A DNA stretch of 64,000 bases, from the NCBI GenBank assembly GCA_963771355.1, contig CAVYTA010000006.1, positions 1,216,001 through 1,280,000 on the forward strand, given 5' to 3'. Positions 61,077 to 64,000 of the stretch are shown here, piece by piece. A model generated the notes under the pieces. It saw only the letters and a list, made by a program, of their open reading frames with translations, had not been told where the DNA came from and made no database searches. The position numbers were made by a program, and so were the translations under genes. The DNA comes from an uncultured Candidatus Rokubacteria bacterium (GTDB lineage Bacteria > Methylomirabilota > Methylomirabilia > Rokubacteriales > CSP1-6). The stretch's first letter is position 1. Every line of letters begins with the position of its first letter.

Positions 61077-61763
61077 ATGACCCCGCCGCCCTCGCGCAAA
61101 GACAGCGAAACCATGGACGCGGAGGTGCGCGAGAAGATTCATCTCGAGATCCTCAAGCGCACCGGCGCCTACCACGCCAACGACCACATCCTCCTCCCGT
61201 CGGGCCAGCACACCACGGAGTACATCGAGAAGACCCTCGTCACCACCGAGCCCTCGTTCACGGAGGGGCTGGGCGCGGTGATCGCCAAGCACTTCGCCCC
61301 CTGGCCCATCGACGTGGTGGTGTCGACGGGGCCGGGCGCGCTCATCCTCTCCCACTGCGTGGCGCGCGCGCATCCCTCGCGGCCCACCGTGCTGTACGGC
61401 ACCAAGGGGGTGAGCGGCGGGAAGCGCCGCGTGACGCTCCCGGTGGAGTTCCACCGCCTCATCCAGCCGAACACCAAGGTCCTGGTGGTGGAGGACCTCG
61501 TGAGCTCGGGCGCGACGGTGCGACTGCTCACCGAGCTCGTGGAGAGCCTGGGCGGCAAGATCGTCGGGATCGGCGCCCTCTGGCGTCGGACCAAGCGCAG
61601 CGACGTCGACGGCAAGACCATCTTCAGCCTCGTGAGCCGCGACTTCCCGACGTACCCGCCGGAGAGCTGCCCCCTCTGCAAGAAGGGCATGCCGCTCAAT
61701 CGCGAGTTCGTCAAGCGACGCGACGAGCGCAAGCCGTCCACCGCCGAGGAGGACGACGAGTAG
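61077..61763 (+). CDS. Type I phosphoribosyltransferase (orotate PRTase-like)
   Basis: LPSGQHT, VLVVEDLVSSGAT, CPLC; TTGACA-17-CATTCT promoter at 61018-61046 and AAGGAG RBS. Confidence 0.85.
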   Translation: MTPPPSRKDSETMDAEVREKIHLEILKRTGAYHANDHILLPSGQHTTEYIEKTLVTTEPSFTEGLGAVIAKHFAPWPIDVVVSTGPGALILSHCVARAHPSRPTVLYGTKGVSGGKRRVTLPVEFHRLIQPNTKVLVVEDLVSSGATVRLLTELVESLGGKIVGIGALWRRTKRSDVDGKTIFSLVSRDFPTYPPESCPLCKKGMPLNREFVKRRDERKPSTAEEDDE

Positions 61764-61843
61764 CCCGCTGCCGCGCCGCGGGGCCCACCCCCAAGATATG
61801 GGCCCCGGAGGGGCCGAGAACCCCCTCATCCTGTATTTTCTCC

Positions 61844-61872
61844 TTGACAGCATTTTTTCACCCCCTTAGAGT
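61844..61872 (+). promoter_or_regulatory. Sigma70 promoter
   Basis: TTGACA-17 bp-TAGAGT with an AT-rich upstream tract. Confidence 0.75.
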
Positions 61873-61925
61873 CCGAACTGTCCTAACTCCGCACGACGCG
61901 CGCGGATCGGGAGGGAGGTGACACG

Positions 61926-61964
61926 ATGGCGAAGAAGAAGGCTACGAAGAAGAAGAAGAAGTAA
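61926..61964 (+). CDS. 12-aa Lys-rich micropeptide MAKKKATKKKKK (not in the ORF track)
   Basis: GGAGGTG Shine-Dalgarno 5 nt before the ATG; own promoter; downstream hairpin. Confidence 0.65.
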   Translation: MAKKKATKKKKK

Positions 61965-61983
61965 GGCGCCTACGTAGTGGCGC

Positions 61984-62016
61984 TCGGCCCTGTCGGCCCC
62001 ATCCCGGCAGGGCCGA
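61984..62016 (+). terminator. GC-rich hairpin after the micro-ORF
   Basis: TCGGCCCTGTCGG-N7-CCGGCAGGGCCGA; no U-tract. Confidence 0.5.
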
Positions 62017-62134
62017 ACCATCTCGGCGGATGTCCTGCTCTTGCGCGTACGCGCTCCGTCTCGTCGTCGCTTTCCTCAGACCTCCGATACGCCCCGACTC
62101 GTCCGGCTCCCTTCCCGGTTGTGCTTGTGCTTAA

Positions 62135-63886
62135 ATGCCTTCGTATGACCGACGGCGGGACCCTCCCCGCGCACATCGGCTCGACGTGACGGGGACCCGG
62201 GCCCTCGTCGATCGGCTGACGGCCATCGTCGCGCGGTTCGCCGCCGAGGACGGCAACGAGAAGCTCGGCCTGCTGGACCAACTAGCGAGCTCGCCGATCA
62301 GGTCACCGGCGACTCTCGCGAGGCTCCACGAGGCGCTCTGCTTCCTGCGGGCGTACCCCGACGGCCCCGAGGTCCAGGAGCGGGTGGAGCGCGCGCTGGC
62401 GGCGTTCCCTGCGCGCGTCGCGCGGCTCAGACGGCCGGCCAGGGCGCGGCTCCACGACTCCGGGATCGCGGGCACCAGGCTCGACTACCCGTTCGGCCTT
62501 CCGATGGCGCGCTGGCTCGCGTCGCGCTTCCCGGCCGACGTCGAGGTCGCGTGGCGGCGCTTCGAGGACACCGAGCGGCTGGAGGAGCTGCTTCCCCTCC
62601 TCGTCACCCACCAGGAGAGCGAGGCGTTCAGCGAGGGCGGGCTCCACCCGCGACAGTGGCTCGCGCTGGCCAAGGGCCACCGCTGGCTGAGCGACCTGCG
62701 GACCCTCCTCGAGCTGTTCGAGCGTGCGCCCGTGCCGCTCGCCGCCCGCGACGCGCTTTTCGAGGGCCTGGCGCTGCCGATCGAGTGGCGCCTGCGCGGA
62801 ACGGCGCCGTCCCGCACGCGAGCCGTCCTGCCGGGCGGTCCGCGCTCCATGCACGGGGCGGGGTACGGCGACGGGCTCCGGCGCGGTGGCGTCGACTTCG
62901 CCCGCGAGATCACTCGGCCGCTTCCCCCTCCGCGCCCGGCCGGCCGGGCGCTGAGCCGGTCTCTGATCGATATGGCCCGGGCGTCGATGGCCACCCGGGC
63001 CCGCGAGCTGTACGCCTTCTCGCACCCCAACCCCAACGACGTGCTCGTGGCCGACCCCGGCCGCGGGCTGCGGGTGGCGCTGATCGGCCTGGCGCCGGAG
63101 TTCCGACTGCCGGTCCAGGCGTACTACGCCTTCCTGCTCCTGAAGAACGGCGTCCCCGTGAGCTATGGTGCCGGCTGGGGCATGTGGGGAAGGCTCGAAT
63201 GGGCGCTCAACGTGTTCGAGTCCTTCCGTCAGGGCGAGTCGGCGTTCGTGGCGAGCCAGATCCTGCGCGTCTACTACCACGTCTTCCGCATGCGCGCGGT
63301 GCTCGTGGACCGGTACCAGATCGGCTACGAGAACGAGGAGGCGCTCCGCACGGGTGCCTTTTACTTCTATCGCCGGCTCGGCTTCGGGCCGATCGACCCG
63401 GCGGCGCAGCGTCTGGCCGAGGAAGAGCAGGCGAAGATCGCGCACGACCGGGGATACCGCTCGCCGCCGTCAGTGCTCCGCCGGCTGGCCCAGACCGACC
63501 TGATCCTGCGACTACCGGGTTCCGCGCCCGACCGCGTGACCGCCAGCGCGCTGGCCGCCCTGGTCTCGCGCCGCATCGGACGCGAGTTCGGCGGCGACCG
63601 CCGGGCCGCCCAGCGCGCCGACCGGGCGCGGGTGGCCCGCGCCCTGGGTTCGGCTCTGCCGGCGCGCTGGGCGGCGGAAGAGCGCCGCTGGTTCGAGCGG
63701 CTGACGCCGCTGGTGGCGCTGGTGACCGACCTCGAGCGGTGGCCTCCCAGCGAACGGGCGCGGCTCATGGCCGTGATCCGCGCCAAGGGCGGCCCGAGCG
63801 AGCTCGCGTATCTCAGGAAGCTCGACCGCCACCGGCGGCTCCGGGCTGCCCTCGGCGCGCTCGTGGGCGGAGGCCGGTTGCCTTGA
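62135..63886 (+). CDS. Large hypothetical protein with GNAT-like motifs (start uncertain, possibly GTG at 62186)
   Basis: Long protein-like ORF; NVFESFRQGES and NEEAL..GAFYFYRRLGF. Confidence 0.8.
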   Translation: MPSYDRRRDPPRAHRLDVTGTRALVDRLTAIVARFAAEDGNEKLGLLDQLASSPIRSPATLARLHEALCFLRAYPDGPEVQERVERALAAFPARVARLRRPARARLHDSGIAGTRLDYPFGLPMARWLASRFPADVEVAWRRFEDTERLEELLPLLVTHQESEAFSEGGLHPRQWLALAKGHRWLSDLRTLLELFERAPVPLAARDALFEGLALPIEWRLRGTAPSRTRAVLPGGPRSMHGAGYGDGLRRGGVDFAREITRPLPPPRPAGRALSRSLIDMARASMATRARELYAFSHPNPNDVLVADPGRGLRVALIGLAPEFRLPVQAYYAFLLLKNGVPVSYGAGWGMWGRLEWALNVFESFRQGESAFVASQILRVYYHVFRMRAVLVDRYQIGYENEEALRTGAFYFYRRLGFGPIDPAAQRLAEEEQAKIAHDRGYRSPPSVLRRLAQTDLILRLPGSAPDRVTASALAALVSRRIGREFGGDRRAAQRADRARVARALGSALPARWAAEERRWFERLTPLVALVTDLERWPPSERARLMAVIRAKGGPSELAYLRKLDRHRRLRAALGALVGGGRLP

Positions 63887-64000
63887 CTCTCGTTCCGGGA
63901 GGCGGGTGCGGTGCCCCGTTTCGAACGACGCTGGCGAGAGGTGCGAGCGGCCAAGCGTGTCGGTCTACCCCAGCAGCCACTTACGCGCAAGGTGACGGCG

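Noticed and set aside
61875..62135. tmRNA or another housekeeping RNA around the short ORF
   Set aside because: No tRNA-like ends, and the peptide has its own SD/ATG and lacks an Ala-Ala-type degradation tag.

Overview
High-GC bacterial chromosomal window. The gene content (several orphan ABC substrate-binding proteins, many LLM/SDR/amidohydrolase genes, a DRR-motif membrane protein) suggests Candidatus Rokubacteria/Methylomirabilota; this is an inference. 0-5.3 kb is an integron-like cassette remnant with three attC-type sites and no integrase in view. 5.3-33 kb is a lipid and carbon-storage region: a frameshifted CYP102-type P450-reductase fusion, an esterase, an IS3 element inserted into a 126-bp palindrome, acyl-CoA ligases, a class III-type PHA cluster (phasin-like gene, phaR, phaB, phaC-phaE-phaJ) and a TetR/FadR-type beta-oxidation operon. 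33-41 kb holds a sigma54-type Ku operon with an unannotated 26-aa zinc-finger microprotein, an AhpD/CMD-family selenoprotein (in-frame UGA plus SECIS-like hairpin) and a kinase/receiver/adenylate-cyclase module. 41-55 kb holds catabolic oxidoreductases and a SenB-like glycosyltransferase-methyltransferase-ROK-LigAB cluster. 55-64 kb holds a FadF-like Fe-S protein, two cytochromes (one with a contracted CxCH motif), tsaB-rimI, a PRTase, a 12-aa Lys-rich micro-ORF with strong expression signals and a large unknown protein with GNAT-like motifs. No rRNA, tRNA or CRISPR array was recognised. All family assignments come from motif recognition, not database searches.
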